Shown piece by piece: positions 50,601 through 64,000 of a DNA stretch of 64,000 bases. This DNA comes from Marsupella aquatica (taxonomy: Eukaryota > Plantae > Marchantiophyta). Position 1 is the stretch's first letter, and every line of letters starts with the position of its first letter. Position numbers and translations under genes: made by a program. The stretch is taken from contig OZ316894.1 of the NCBI GenBank assembly GCA_973895155.1, positions 11,696,828 to 11,760,827 on the forward strand, in the 5' to 3' direction. A model generated the notes under the pieces. The model was not told the DNA's origin, searched no databases, and saw only the letters and a program-made list of their open reading frames with translations.

Positions 50601-52149
50601 AGTACTGGGGCAAAGGTCTGACCTCTGGCATACCGGCACAATAGTGGCATGTGATAGCCAAGCTGCGACACACTCCCCGTGCCGATTACTTGCTGCTCCT
50701 CCTTTAAGATCTTCTTCAATTGGTTGAAGAGGTACCCATTGTAGTCCCGGCTTGGGTCTGGCCTCTCTGCCAGATAGACCTGTGCCTTGCCGATCTTTGC
50801 CCTCGGCAAGTTACAATGCATGGTCACCCGCAAGAAGTCGATCATCTCTCCTATGTGCGGGTTGGTGCAGGTGTTCCGGAAGAAGCCATTCTTTGTTGAT
50901 GGCCCGGGGAACGACCGGAACTCCTTGTCAGGCAAGGTCTTCCTGGTATCAACTTTGGTCTTATTGCCTATCAGCAAGCCAAACACTTCGGCAATCACCT
51001 TGGGAGTAAGATAGAAATCCTTCTCATATATCCTCGTGCAATTGGTCTCGGGTTCCCATGACCCCACGAATTCTAATAGGTCTGAATCCGGTACCTCCGG
51101 CTTCAGCCATGGTAATCTTACAAAGGCCTCTAAGACGGATCCGGCCATGAAGCCTTGGTACTTCTTGGTCTGCATGGCCGTAAAGCATGCATCCTCCTCC
51201 CGTGCAAAATGTAGTTGCACCTCCGTTGGTAGGGTTGCCGCCCAGCCTTTCCAGGTGTCATCCCTGGTTGGAATGGCTTTAATGGGATCGACCTCCTCCT
51301 CTTCGGCTTCTCCCTGCCTCCTGCTCTGCTGCTCGGCTGGCTTCTTTGGTGCCGTCGACCTCGTTCTTTTTGCCGGGGTGGCTTCATCGTTGACGGCTCC
51401 CTTCCTCTTCATCTCGGCTGCCGTGGAGGTTTCTCCTAGCACCGTTGCCTGGGTCCACCTTTCCTTGCTACCCTTCAATTCCCAATGTATGTCGTTGCAG
51501 TTCTTGATGGCCTCTCGAATGCCGATGATTCTGTCTTCGCAAAACAAAAGATCGTCGAGCTGATTGGAAGTAGGAGTCCACAAGAACTCGGCCTTGATGA
51601 GTTCGCCTCCTAAGAAAGCCGTCTTCTGCAGCTCCCACAATCGAGCGAGCTCCTGTCGTTCTCGAGCTGCCCTTTCTGATTCTTCGTCCTTGTAAGTCTT
51701 GATGTACTCAGTTGCCCGTTCGAACAGGCATCCCCAGAAATGTGCCGCTTGATTGACGTTGCTCATACCCTCCTTAGGTCGATCGTCGGTATCTACTCTC
51801 TCCCCGAGTGCTTGCCTAAGCAGCTGACAGTAGTTGGCCTCCCGTAGTCGTCTGCCTAGTTCGTGCTCGCAAATGAGCCACCATCTCCTGCAAGCGCTCC
51901 TTACCCCTCTCGTCTTCCGGTCCTTTCTCCCGTTGATCCTTCCTAGCCGCCGATGCTTAGCGCGCCCTAACCCTAATCTTGTCTTCACCCCCAGCGTCCT
52001 TACCTCCGGCCTCGGCCCGGGTTCCATAGTCGCCCCTAATTGTTTATATTTTCCTTGTTTTGTCCCTATACTAAGGTGTTTCTAGGGTGCACTCCTGCTT
52101 TACCCACTTAACTGGCCGAGTGATTCCTGGCTAGGCATCACAATGACCC
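47673..52149 (-). mobile_element. 4.5-kb element with imperfect inverted termini carrying one long decayed ORF
   Basis: Left end GGGTCATGAGATACGTAGCC versus reverse complement of right end GGGTCATTGTGATGCCTAGCC. Sharp GC-content boundaries at both ends. Confidence 0.6.
48415..52027 (-). pseudogene. Transposon accessory ORF of about 1200 codons: plant-transposon-protein-like segment plus long coiled coil
   Basis: ORFs starting at 52027, 50509 and 49858 share a frame, with a frameshift before 49206. LLEFVGSW...FYLTPKVIAEVFGL resembles plant retrotransposon extra-ORF domains. Heptad E/K-rich C-terminus. Confidence 0.55.
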
Positions 52150-53331
52150 TCCTATGTGGTTTACTTTGGAGCTTTACCATGCTTTTCAGTTTGCTTCCCA
52201 TTGAGGTTTTAGTTGGTTTTTAATTGATTGCTTTGTAGGGTTGTGTAGAGTTCTTTCACCCTTGTGGGGACTCTTGGACTTTTTGGCTATGTGGTCTTTC
52301 TAGGTTTTCTTCTTGTCTTCTCCCTTTGGCTGACTCTCTAGTCTATGGGATCCTGTCTCCTTGGTTGATGCCTTTTGCTCTTTGGCAATGTTATATATAT
52401 ATATACTTTTATTATAAGGAAAGATCAAATTATCAACAAATCAAAAATATTTGGTACGGTAACTAAATTAGACTTTGGATGAATGTTTACATTGTATCCT
52501 AATAAAAAAACTGGCTGACAGTAATTGGCTGATAGCAGTGATCTTGGACACAAATATTTTATTTATGTACAACTTTACACTGTACATTAGTTGTTCTATG
52601 TTAATGTTTTCAAATCTAGCAGAAGAGATTACTGGTCAATTGTATGCTTTGACATCCCTATGGTATTGTTCCTAATTGAATTCATAGTAAATTGGATGGA
52701 TGGATATGGTAACATGTGTGCTTTCACATTTCTATGGCTTTATAAAATAGGAGTTTAAAAATAGGAATACCAGAATCTGTGTTTGACCTCCAACCTGGAG
52801 GCACACCAATTGCTTTTGACTCCCATAGGAGGGTCCAATATATTGTCAATGCTAAAAAAGTCAGATATAAACATGTAATGTCAAATGGTAAACAATAGAT
52901 GATAACAAGTCAAAAACTTCAAATAAATAAATCTACAAGTATAACAGGCAAGCCCGCCATTTCCATCCTTTGTCTCGTTACAATATCCAATATTGACGGG
53001 AATCAAAATTGGCTGTTAGATATTCGAGTGGATTTATCGTATTTGTTTGATTCACTTGCGAGTACTTCCACTCCCGACAATACCATGCGGTCCCTCTACG
53101 CCTGCCTCGCAAATACGTGCCTCACATCGCCATTAATGAGGGGATAACGATGCCTCATCATTCCCCCTCCCCTCCGTGCCTCATCATTACCTCCCTCCCT
53201 CCTGAATGCTACCCCCATGCCTCCGTCAGTCCATCCCCTCCCCTCTGTGCCTCATCATTCCCTCCCTCACGAATGCTCCCCCCATGCCTCTGTCAGTCTG
53301 TCCCGCCCCGCCCCACCCCTCCGTGCCTTAA

Positions 53332-53496
53332 TTACGTATAGGGTAATGCAGGTCTGGGCGCAGGGTTACTAGGCTGTAACCCTGCGTCCGGAATATGAAA
53401 AGAAACTGACCGGCGGCAGCCGGGAAGCTTCTTTGAATATTCCGCGAGCAGGTTATAGCCTCTAACCCCAGCCTTGCCCTGCATTAGCGTACGTAA
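53332..53496. repeat. Imperfect palindrome of about 165 bp flanked by CCTCCGTGCCTCATC repeats
   Basis: The left arm TTACGTA..TAATGCAGG..GGTTA..GGCTRTAACC..GGAATAT is mirrored on the right arm. Confidence 0.6.
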
Positions 53497-56400
53497 CTCC
53501 TGCCCGGAAAGAGGTTACCGGCTCAACTTTTAAGGACACCAGATTATGATTATAGCAGGCCCCTGTAGAAATGGTTACACACCGGTAACCTCTTCTCCTG
53601 ACAGGATTTACGGAACCCCTCCCCTCCTTGCCTCATCCTTCCCTCCCTCCCTCGCAAAATCCCCTAGACCTTAGCAATTCCCTCCCTCCCTTCATTATGG
53701 ACAATCCCCCCTTGCAAATGCTCCCTCTGATATGGGTGGGCCATCCTTGCACAGTGCAATGCACTGGCATAGGGCTCATAGAGTTTAATACAACAAAGTC
53801 AAAACCAATCTGTCAAATTGATGAACAAGGATCCAATAACAAGTGTCAAATAAAGTAGTGTGAAACGAAGACATATCAAGTATAACAAATTAAAACATTA
53901 GAATGTGTGAACGTCTTAAAAAAAACATATGGAAAAATCAAAGATATCATTGAGGTAAGTATCTAGAAATAAATTATTGCTGGTAATCTAATGAACCACC
54001 ATGTGAAGCAAGGGTAGGCAATTTGCCCTTGCTTCACAACTCCAATTACATATATCCAATTCCAAAATCCTGGACAAACTTTATGAGCTCCACCTTTGAA
54101 AAACAACAAGCTCCTTCAACTTGAATGTCTTCAAGTTCTTGTTATCTGAAAGGTTTGTGAACTGCCGGTGAACAAAACCACAAAAGAGAGAGACGGCATA
54201 AAGTCAGGTTGCACAACTGAAAATCTTTGGAGCCAGCAATGAAGAAGAAAACAAAACATGCAGATAAAGATTACACCATTGACACGAGTTTGCAAGTGAT
54301 TGCTGGACGGTTTAATTGCTATAAACTTGCTTGCCAGTTATCTATTGGGTTTGCCACCAAATCCTCATTCGTTTGAGTCCGGGTTTGCATCCTCTCCAAT
54401 CAAGATTGGGGGTCAGACTCAAGGAGAAAACAGGGGGTATCAAATCCTACAAAAAATAATAACAAAAGTTAACCAAGCTAATAAAATGGCTACACACACC
54501 CGTTGAGGAGGCACAACTGAAAATCCACAGACAGCCAGTAATCCACCAGCCGGCAATGAAGACAAAAACAACTCACAAAAAAATACTGTGCACCCTGTTT
54601 GTCAACCAGCACCATAGGATTGAAGCTCCCCAAAATGGCATTGGACTGTGACTCCACTTAGAGTCCGGACATACCTAGCATGATCATGTGTTAGAATGGG
54701 ACGTTGTCATTTGATTCAGGCTCCTTCTTCCCAACAAGCAAATATGTCCCTAAGTAATAGGTATTGTGATTCAGCATGAGCATGAGCTCAAAAATATCAC
54801 CACCATAAATGGAAAGACCAACCCTAAACCCTACAACCCATGATATAAGACCAATCGGCATTCCCTGCATTTGAACAGTAGTGTTGACCCCTAGCTAATG
54901 GCAGCCTGCAGTGTCACTACCCTCCAAGCCTACACCCTATATACTGATGTTTGCCTGCCTCAAACTGCCATTGCCATTGCCCAAACCGAGTAAAAAATAT
55001 GCTTGTCTAAACCAAGGAGAGAAACAATGCTCTTGCCTAGAACCCACCAGGAAAACATCACATTGGTGCCCCACAACACACTGTGTCCCGACTTATCAAT
55101 CCCTAAAATCTAAAATGATTTATAGACATGATTCTTAACTGATGTCTACAAAAAACAACAGCCGGAAACCACGGTAGTGTGACAACAGGAAACTACATAA
55201 CTGCCATCCCATTGCATACACAGCAACATGGTCAAGCACAAAAGGCAACTATGTGCAATGTGACATGGTAAAGCAAGGTGGGAAACTGTGCAGTTTTGCC
55301 CTTTGGAAGGACTTAGTGTACGGCTCATTAAGAGGGAATCGGCTTGGGTAAAAACAATTTGACGGGGCTGATCAAGTAAACGTTTCTGGTAGGGGGTCCA
55401 TCCGGCATATCTCTCTTTTTCAGGACTTGAACCTTTCTACTGCGACAAACACAAGAGATGCCAAGTACCAATGACATTTTGTCGGAATTTATATTCACTT
55501 TTCTTTGCTCTAGCAAATCCAGCCATGATTTGTAACCCTAATCCACTCTGAGCAGTCACTCTTTCACAAAGATTGACAAGCCAAAACACAGGAAAACCAG
55601 TGTCACCTTGGACTACAGAATTTTTCAATTTATGATTATTATTCGCAATTTTTTGTGGTGATAGCAAATAATATCACTCCCTGCAAAGTCAGGGGCAACC
55701 CATCATTAATGTGTGTGACACTAATTGTTAAGTTAGTGAGACTAATTGTGTACCTAGACTATATGCTGTAAAGAGTGTCAATGAAAGGTAAGTGAACCCA
55801 CTATTGCATATGTAGGGGTTGGTGCACAAGCAGGTTTTACTTGTTGTAAGGAAGTCTTATACTGAGTGCTACCCACAAAACATCCCGCAAGCAGGCTACT
55901 TCAAGTCAGCTGCCACAAAATTGTCAAATTTTGATATATGTCTCAACAAGCCATCCCAAATTATTGTAGTACTACAGTTCTAAACTCAAATCAAACCTGA
56001 TTTTTGGGTTCTTGGGTGGCGTGGTTGTGTTACCTCATGTGGCGCCTACCATTGTGGCAAATTTTATGCACTTGCCCATCTTTTTAAAAATTCAGTAGTA
56101 GAATTTTGATGACATTTCTCAAATAATCCAATCAGTAGTCCTTTTGGTGTTTTGGTTTTTGCCTCAAAAGCTTTCTCATTCAAAGAAGTACTCAGCAGTA
56201 GTTTTCCACTTTGGGACAGTGGACTGATTTGTAATTTCTATAGACAATGTTGGTTTTGAGTTTAATGGAAGTTTTGATATTTGTCAGGCTTTACAAATTA
56301 ATTAACTTTATCCCATATTATAATATTATTAAGTCGCCCATCAACTTCAAAAACTGAAAGTGAAGCTACAAAGGACCAGCATGCTGGACCAGTGGTGTTC

Positions 56401-56679
56401 CATGGGAGTTTGAGGCCCATAACTTGTTGATTATGAGTTTTAAAATATTTGTTAGTTTTGCAACTGCAAGGCATCTAGACGAGATTAAAAGCAACTCAAG
56501 CCCAAATATATCATATTAAAATAACGAAAATATATCTCATGGAATTCACCCCTCCACATTTGATGATGAAAAACTCAACCCAAAGTGGCCAAAGTTTTTG
56601 GGATGAGGTCTATGGGGGGTTCAAAAACAACCTTGAAGTCCATATACCCTGGCTTCAAAGTCTTCAAAAACTAGTTTCA

Positions 56680-56735
56680 TCTGCTTTTATAGGGAAAAGG
56701 GAAACCTCTGCTTTTATAGGGAAAAGGGAAACCTC
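56680..56735 (+). repeat. Exact tandem duplication, about 27 bp
   Basis: TCTGCTTTTATAGGGAAAAGGGAAACC occurs twice in tandem. Confidence 0.85.
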
Positions 56736-57609
56736 AAGGGCTGGGTTCCATGGGCAGGGGGCAGGGAATAGTAGCACTCCCCACCCCCTCCTTCCTGGGC
56801 CCAAATAAGATGTATTCCAGTCTGTACATAATATTCAATATGGACGATTTTGGACTTGGCATCTAAGATTTGGACTTAGCCAATGCCATGCAGTGCAAGG
56901 GGTGCCCCTGGAACAGGGGTGTGCAGGAACATTGTACTGCCTGCTACAACATTTGTACGCCCCTTGGTCACTGTAAAAGCTGCAATCTTATTGGCTCAAA
57001 CATTCTGACAGCACATCTGTACTCACTACTGGCCCATAAACCCCTTCCCTAGGCCTCCCAACCTGCTTGAGAGTAAACCCCTAGATTTAACATTTTTGGA
57101 GATATTAGATAAATCTTATCATCAGCTACTATAGCTATACAATAAGATTTGAACCTTTGAAAGGGTGACGCATAACCAATGAGATACAAGTGAAGTGCCT
57201 GGATTGTTGATGACCCATCTACCTCACAGGTTTAAAATGCTAGTACTAATTCAGTAGTCTGATGTACAAAATGAGCAGATATGGTTCAGCCAGTATTAAG
57301 ATACTCTCCCTTCAAGTGATCCACTCCGACCACTTTTTAAGCAATTGTAGTTCAACAAATGAACCTGAGAAACACTTACCTGCACAAATTCTTTACATTG
57401 TAACTAATCTGCCCAACTACACCACTTCTCCTGGGTCTTATCACATGGGAAATTATGGACTTGCCGCATTCCTCTGTAGATTTACAATTGATTCTCTAAA
57501 ACATTTGCCGTGCGTATTGAGTGCTTGCAATGGTCTTTTTACGAGTCAAAGGACAACGTCTGGTTGAAGCTGCACGTTGCCAAGTAAGTGAAAAGTTCGA
57601 AACATGAAC

Positions 57610-60600
57610 TTAGAGTTTTGATTTGGTCTCAGCCTTGGTCACCGGATCACTCTGCAGACAGTGACAAACCAGTTCCTCAGTTGACTTTAAAACTTGTGTT
57701 CGAATACCTCCCTCATCAGACGGCAATCAACATCAATCTTTAACGACCATTCGGACCATTGCAATTAACCTTTGTGGTCATGCTAACAAATCAAACAATT
57801 CTCATATCTCGTCCTAGGGAATAATCAGTACTCACCAGTTTAGCCCCACTTGCTGCCCGTTGCACTAAGAAATCGCAAGGCTTGAAGAAAGCACCATATG
57901 ATTCTGTCCATTTTTCCAACTTTGATACAATGTAACTTATACCAACCAAGTCCGCCCAGAATGCAACACCTCCTCTGCAAAGAGACAGGGCCACAGTATT
58001 TGAGGAATAAAAATCATCATCGATGGTCTTTCCCATCATATTTCAAGGCATACCAAACACCCGATAACCTACAAGAAAGTGTACATTCAGAACAAATCTC
58101 CAAATCTCACTGCAGACCAATACAAGTCAAACAGCAAAAGGTGACTGGCAATAGGTTTCCCAACTCGACGACAATCCTCCATAAATGACAAGCAAGTGTA
58201 ATTGAATTTTTTTCTAGGGGCGATTTGCAATTCAATTCAGTTAAATCCAGAACCTGTGCTAGTACCAAGATGTTGTTGAGTAAGAAATATTGGGGTTCGT
58301 TAATAAAAAGGCAAAATACAAAGTGATTCATGTCTCGATGCGAGGGGCAACTAGACGCCTTCACTTTGATTCCCTGGCGTCGACGTGATAGGTGAAGAAA
58401 AGCAACATTTCAAGTTGGACATCATCTGAAGCATTGCATTTAAAGCTCAAGATGCTGGCTAGCAAAATTCGAAAACAGTTGCAGTTGATGTTAAACAGCC
58501 ATAGCAGAAAAAAACAATGCTTCAGCCGGTGGACCATTTAACTCCAGAAATATAACCCAGATGTAGAAGGGTTCATAACCACATCAATGTTGATCACTTT
58601 CAAAGCTTTCGCGTACAAGGTAATTATACCTGTAAGGTGGGAAGCCCATTCCCATGACAGTAGAGATATCCAGATCCGAGGCTTTGACAAATATTCCCTC
58701 TTCCAGCACTCTAGCAGACTCATTGACGACTGGGAAGAAGAGCATTTCCACGATCTCTTGATCTGTAATCTTCAATGGCTGCAACAACCCAGGGACCAAA
58801 TTTCACCGGGGCTTAATCAGTCTGTCTGGATAACAGCAGAACTGATAACATTGCATTTTATACTCTTCTCGAATGTTTCAAAAGATATTGACGGCCAAGT
58901 TCCCTTCTACAGAAGATGAATGCTTCAAACGTGGTAAGATCAACACATTGAGCCAATATGTGTGCACAGCAAATAAGCGTAATTTGAGGAATACCTTTCC
59001 CTCTGGCATAATATTCGCAACCTCCCGAGCCTTCTGCAAGTACTTCATGAGCTCTGGATCACGTTTTGGCCGCCGTCTTTCATCATACTGATAAACACCT
59101 TTACCACTCTTTTGACCTAAAATATAAAATCGGACAGAAAGTACGTCAGTTCTCCCCGCGTGGTATTCAGGGATGGATACGATCTGCGTGATGGAGATGG
59201 GGCCTACCAGCCTATTCCATCTGTGAGAGAGGTACCAGATAGTGTTCTGCTCGCCCCACAAAAATATCTCCTAATCACTGTTTTCATTAAGATAGGCAAA
59301 TCTGACCCAACAACACTTTATAGATAATTGCCTTCGGTAGATGAAGGCATACCTAAACGTCCATCCTTCACCAAAAGAGAATAGAACTCAGATTTGTAGG
59401 TCCGACCAGGACGAGCAGCCACATGTTGTTTGCCAACATCTAGTGCAACATCCAAGCCAACCAGATCTGCAAGTCTGGACACCCATCAGAAGTGGCATCA
59501 GTAGAAGTGAAGTAGCTTGCCAAGTAACGAAGCTCTGTTCCTTATCTTTTCTCAGCCAATACTAAACAGGTAAACATAGTGATTGAAATACAAATTTTAA
59601 CACATCAAGCGGAGACATACGTGAAGGGGCCCATAGGCATTCCAAAAGCCTTAAGGACTGCGTCCATACGGTATAAATCCACTCCAAGATCCAAGAGCAT
59701 GGCGGCTGCCATTCCGTATGGGAAGAACACACGATTGACTCCAAAGCCAACAGTGTTTCCTACCACAACTGGCGTTTTCCTAATATTTTTTCCGAGGTTG
59801 AGTAGATCAACTAGCACTTGAGGAGATGTCTGTTCTGTCCGAACAATCTCAAAAAGCGGCATGATGTGTGCAGGGCTGTTCAAATAATGACCACAAGTAT
59901 ATCAGCGACCATAATTTTGAGTCTACAACCAAAATAAAAAGAGCCCGACATTTAACGACCACCTCTACATGCTTTTTACTGGTATTGAGGTTCGTCTGTT
60001 CACTTCAATAACATCTTCAACACGCATTGAACATGAACGAGTCTGATGGACCATCACGCGGCATGTTTTACACAAGTCTCTACCTTGTACGCAATAAATT
60101 ATAATCAGAGAAGGAACTGGAGGAAAACAAATGTGACAGAATATCCATCCAACACTTTGGACCGACTGCCTAGCTAGAATGACCCAAACATTGACTTCAA
60201 TGAAGCTGAGTGCAACACCTGAAGAAATGAGCCCCAGCAACACGGGCTTGTGCGTTTGTCTTTGCTGCCACTAGGTTCAGATCGATGGTAGATGTATTTG
60301 TCGAAAGGACACAATCGGGTGACGTGTACTTTACCAAATCGGCAAAAATGCTCTGTTTGAGCTCAACATTTTCGATGACAGCCTACATCACAAGCATCAC
60401 CCAGATGAAACCAAGTTTGCTCCGTCTATGAATAAAGGATGGAGGAATCGACAGCACATGTCTTATGAGATTGTTATGAACATGATTCTTCTTACCTCAA
60501 TAACTAAATCCACAGACTTGAAGTCACTGTAGTCCAACGTTCCTTTCACAAGAGAGAAAGTTTTCTCCATCTTCTCTTTAGTCATCTTGCCTTTCTTAAC

Positions 60601-63600
60601 CCTGCTCTGCAGATTGGCTGTCGAAGATAAAGCACTTGAGCCCCAGAACAACGAATTCTAAACAACTCACAAATTGTGCTATTATCACACTTAGAATCAT
60701 AACATTCTGACAGTAACTTCGGAATTTGCTGATATAGAAACGAATCTCAGAAGGACATACAACTTACACTTGATGCGACCAAGTCCTGCTTGGAGAAACT
60801 TATCATTGACTTCCTTCAGGACCACAGGGATGCCCGCGAGGAGAAGGGCGGTGCAGATGCCAGAACCCATCAAGCCACCACCAATTACAGCTACTCGTTT
60901 CAAAGGCCTAGGTTTAAGGCCCAGGTCTGTAATACCTGCAATCTGTTTGTGTTTTTATAGCACGTCAGAAACCCGTATTATACACTTCTGTGTCCTGTCA
61001 GAAAGATTATAATAGTACCACTGACGTTTAAAGTTCACCAGCTTAGGAATAAATTCTCATGCGATTGAGGTATGAACATGCAGGCCTTGAAATAAGATGG
61101 TCATGCTTCAATTAAAGAAAGATGCAAAGAAAAACGACTCCCACCGTATCTAGGTTGCTACAGATACAAAGAGCAATATCACGAAGTAATGAGACTAATG
61201 GGAGAACCTCACAGTTGTCTACACGTCCAGCATAAAAAGCCTCGTCTTTGAGATAGCAGCCACTGGGCTATATAAAATTACTGACCTTGGAGGTAGACCG
61301 CTGGGCGAAGAAGACGTTCATCAGGGCCTTTGCAGTGTCGGCAGAGACAGCCTCAGTGAAAGCCTCCCCTTCCTGATATAAAAATAAAGGAAGGCAGGTT
61401 CTTGAGAATAAATTCAACTTAGAGATGTTACATATTTATAACTGAAAAAATTAGATGCATAACAACTGTGCTGCAATGAATTATTGAAGATATAAAAAGC
61501 CAATAAGCACCTTTAGAACCCCTGCAGAGCCTCCTTTAACAACTCCTTCTTCAATTGCATCAAGACAAACAAGAGGGTGACGCAGGTTTGGGGCTGTCTT
61601 CTTCACTTGGGCTCTTGCAAACTTGATAATCTCTCGTGCCTCTGACAAAGCTTCAAGCTTGTCAGTCCTTCTGAGAGAAAGTAGCCAAGGCTTACGGCCC
61701 TCAGCTATGTCCAACGCCCACTTGCGAGCTGTAGTTAAAAGGTCTTCCTTTGAAGAGAGAGTATCCACCAGTCCTAACTTCTGGCCCTCTTCCGCTGAGA
61801 TAGGTTTTGAAAGCTGTGCAGAAAACAGATATATCAGACATACTCTTCCCTAAGGCGATAATCTCACCAACAATTCCTTACATGCCACAGACAATTTTTT
61901 CAATCGCAGACCATCCTCACGGTCGGCACAAAAATTAAATGACTAGATGTTTTGCTGCAGCATCCCAAACATCATATTCTAGGTCTTGCAGCTGACCAGC
62001 ATCATCTCAATTGCCTTCGACAATCCAACCAAGCGAGGGAGCCTCTGCGTACCTGCAAATTAAACAAACAGATTACTTGACGGATCAATCCATCCAGATG
62101 ATTGCCAGAACCCTCACTCAAGAAGGGACAATGACGAGCATCCCGAGCTTTGCTAACACAGCTATATGGACTGCAGGTTAGCTTTGAGAACAGGGTCTAC
62201 AACCGACCCCTAACCGGAAGTTAGACTTAGCTTGGACAATAAACCCACGACCAAGCTGAGATTGAAAACAGGGCTTTACTAGAGACTGACGATCTAGTCA
62301 AATGCTTCGTTGGGCATCCTTTGGTGTCCTAAACATGGTCAGGGCTGTTCTCTTAAGTTGCTGCAAGAGTCCCTTTCTGCCAACCCTCTACTGCAGATTA
62401 CAGTGAGTGCAGAGATTTTGTTTATGTTCTGATCGTCTTAAGTAAGAAGCTCATTGGCTTGGCACTGCCTATACCTTTCACAGCTGCAGGACGATTCTAA
62501 GAAACTGAAGATGAGATTTTCTCGGGAGTTCTCACGGGAAACACAACGAACTTACCACCAAATCCAGGAAGGATACCAAGTTGAAGTTCTGGCAGGCCAA
62601 GCTGGGCCTTGGGTGTTGAGATGCGAGCAGTACATGCCTATCTCATAAAAAATCATTCCAACTGGATCTTATTAGAAAGCAAAAGTTAGCCAATCCTTGC
62701 GATAACACTTTGACCCAAACTCCTGAAGCAAGACACTAAAACACAGGAAGGTCAACAGTTGACTTCTCCACCAATACTTCAAACGTGTTCTTGCTTTTAA
62801 ACCATATCTGTCCCAAGAATTGAAGTGTCAGTCACTTGAACATGCAAATACAAGTGGTCCCCTTTCAAATTTACATTGCAAAGACAAACGTACCATTGCC
62901 AGCTCCAAACCTCCACCGAGGGCAAGGCCGTCGATTGCAGCCACTGACGGCTTACGAGCCTCTGTGACATATTAGTGATGAAAACCAATGTCACAAGTTG
63001 GATGGGCGGTTCAATCTGTATACACCTGATACTAATAAAAGTGCACAAAGAATTTTTTTACTCAAGACTCTGAATCAGCTTCTTGCATACCTTCGATAGT
63101 GTGTGTCATCAAGTCAACTGCAACTTTACGAGAAAATGTTGTGTCCCCTGTGTGCAAGAAGGCAAGTAATATCAATGTCCACTAGAGCTCAATCAAGCAA
63201 GAGCAATGACGACAAACATAAAAAGAAACGAGCTCTGCATATCACCACAGATGCATTTTCCTGGCACAAAATGGGTGTCATATTACCGGATGCCTGAAGG
63301 TCCTTGAAGGCGGTAATGTCAAAGCCAGCTGAAAACTTGCCAGTTGCACCTGTTTCGAGACATACGAGGCAAAGGGAAACGGAAACCACAACAGCTACTG
63401 GCATCAGCTCACGAAGAACTCGACTGGTCTATTATACGTGGGGATGACACAATCGAGCTGTCACTCTCTCGAGTATCTGAAGCCTCACAAAGACTTCAAA
63501 GTTCAACACAAGGACCAGCCAACTTTGCTAATTGGACTATTGTGCTGCGCCCAATACAAATATGCTAACGGAGAAATTACGAGCTTCCATACTTGAATCG

Positions 63601-63837
63601 CTCAGATATATTGCCTTCTTCAGATACGATCGATTCTAATAAGAAAGAGAATGTTGCAATCAAAATCAACAACGGCTCACACGACACACAAAATCCATCC
63701 GTTCGCAGTTGAAAGACTCATATCTGTCGATTTAAAACATAATGCTGATTAGACCAGAAGCATACCAGTGACTACTATCGCTCTAACATCATCTCTTTGA
63801 ATAGCTTCATCGAACTTCTCCTTCAAGCCTTCTAACA
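57610..63837 (-). CDS. MFP2: Peroxisomal fatty-acid beta-oxidation multifunctional protein (MFP2/AIM1 family), multi-exon, 5' end beyond the window
   Basis: Enoyl-CoA hydratase motifs FSAGFDI, ALGGGLELAM and LPELQLGILPGFGGTQRLPRL. HAD motifs VAVIGGGLMGSGI, SPAHIMPLFEIVR and GFGVNRVFFPY. Last exon ends AETKSKL* (PTS1). MFP2 versus AIM1 cannot be resolved by eye. Confidence 0.93.
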
Positions 63838-64000
63838 CTGCGATACAAAACCATAGAATACGAATCAATGCAAGAGGAGGATAAGCTTGGATTCTGAGGG
63901 AAAATGTAAGTACGTCTCTGTCCTTCCTTAGGGCTGACTCCCCATCAAAACACCGAAGCCAACGGGAGAATGCCACTGCAAAGTATATCAGATAATCGAC

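Overview
This is eukaryotic plant nuclear DNA with GT-AG introns and a plastid-targeted carotenoid enzyme; it looks like a non-seed land plant such as a bryophyte (inference). It holds four host genes: complex I ESSS/NDUFB11 (+), zeta-carotene desaturase (+, 14 exons), a BAH+Agenet chromatin reader (-), and a peroxisomal multifunctional beta-oxidation enzyme (-, ends in SKL, 5' end outside the window). A transposon-rich block spans about 24-57 kb and contains the three most notable items. (1) A decayed Ty3/Gypsy retroelement carries a complete C5 DNA methyltransferase domain in frame after its protease, next to an oppositely oriented RT-RNaseH-integrase ending in a PHD finger. (2) An apparently intact, intron-containing Kolobok-type DDE transposase has a SAP/HeH-like insert, a convergent KolX-like gene and an upstream tRNA-like Pol III cassette. 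(3) A 4.5-kb element bounded by inverted repeats encodes one long decayed coiled-coil ORF. Several solo LTRs with exact 5-bp TSDs and local tandem repeats are also present. All calls come from reading motifs by eye; no searches were run.
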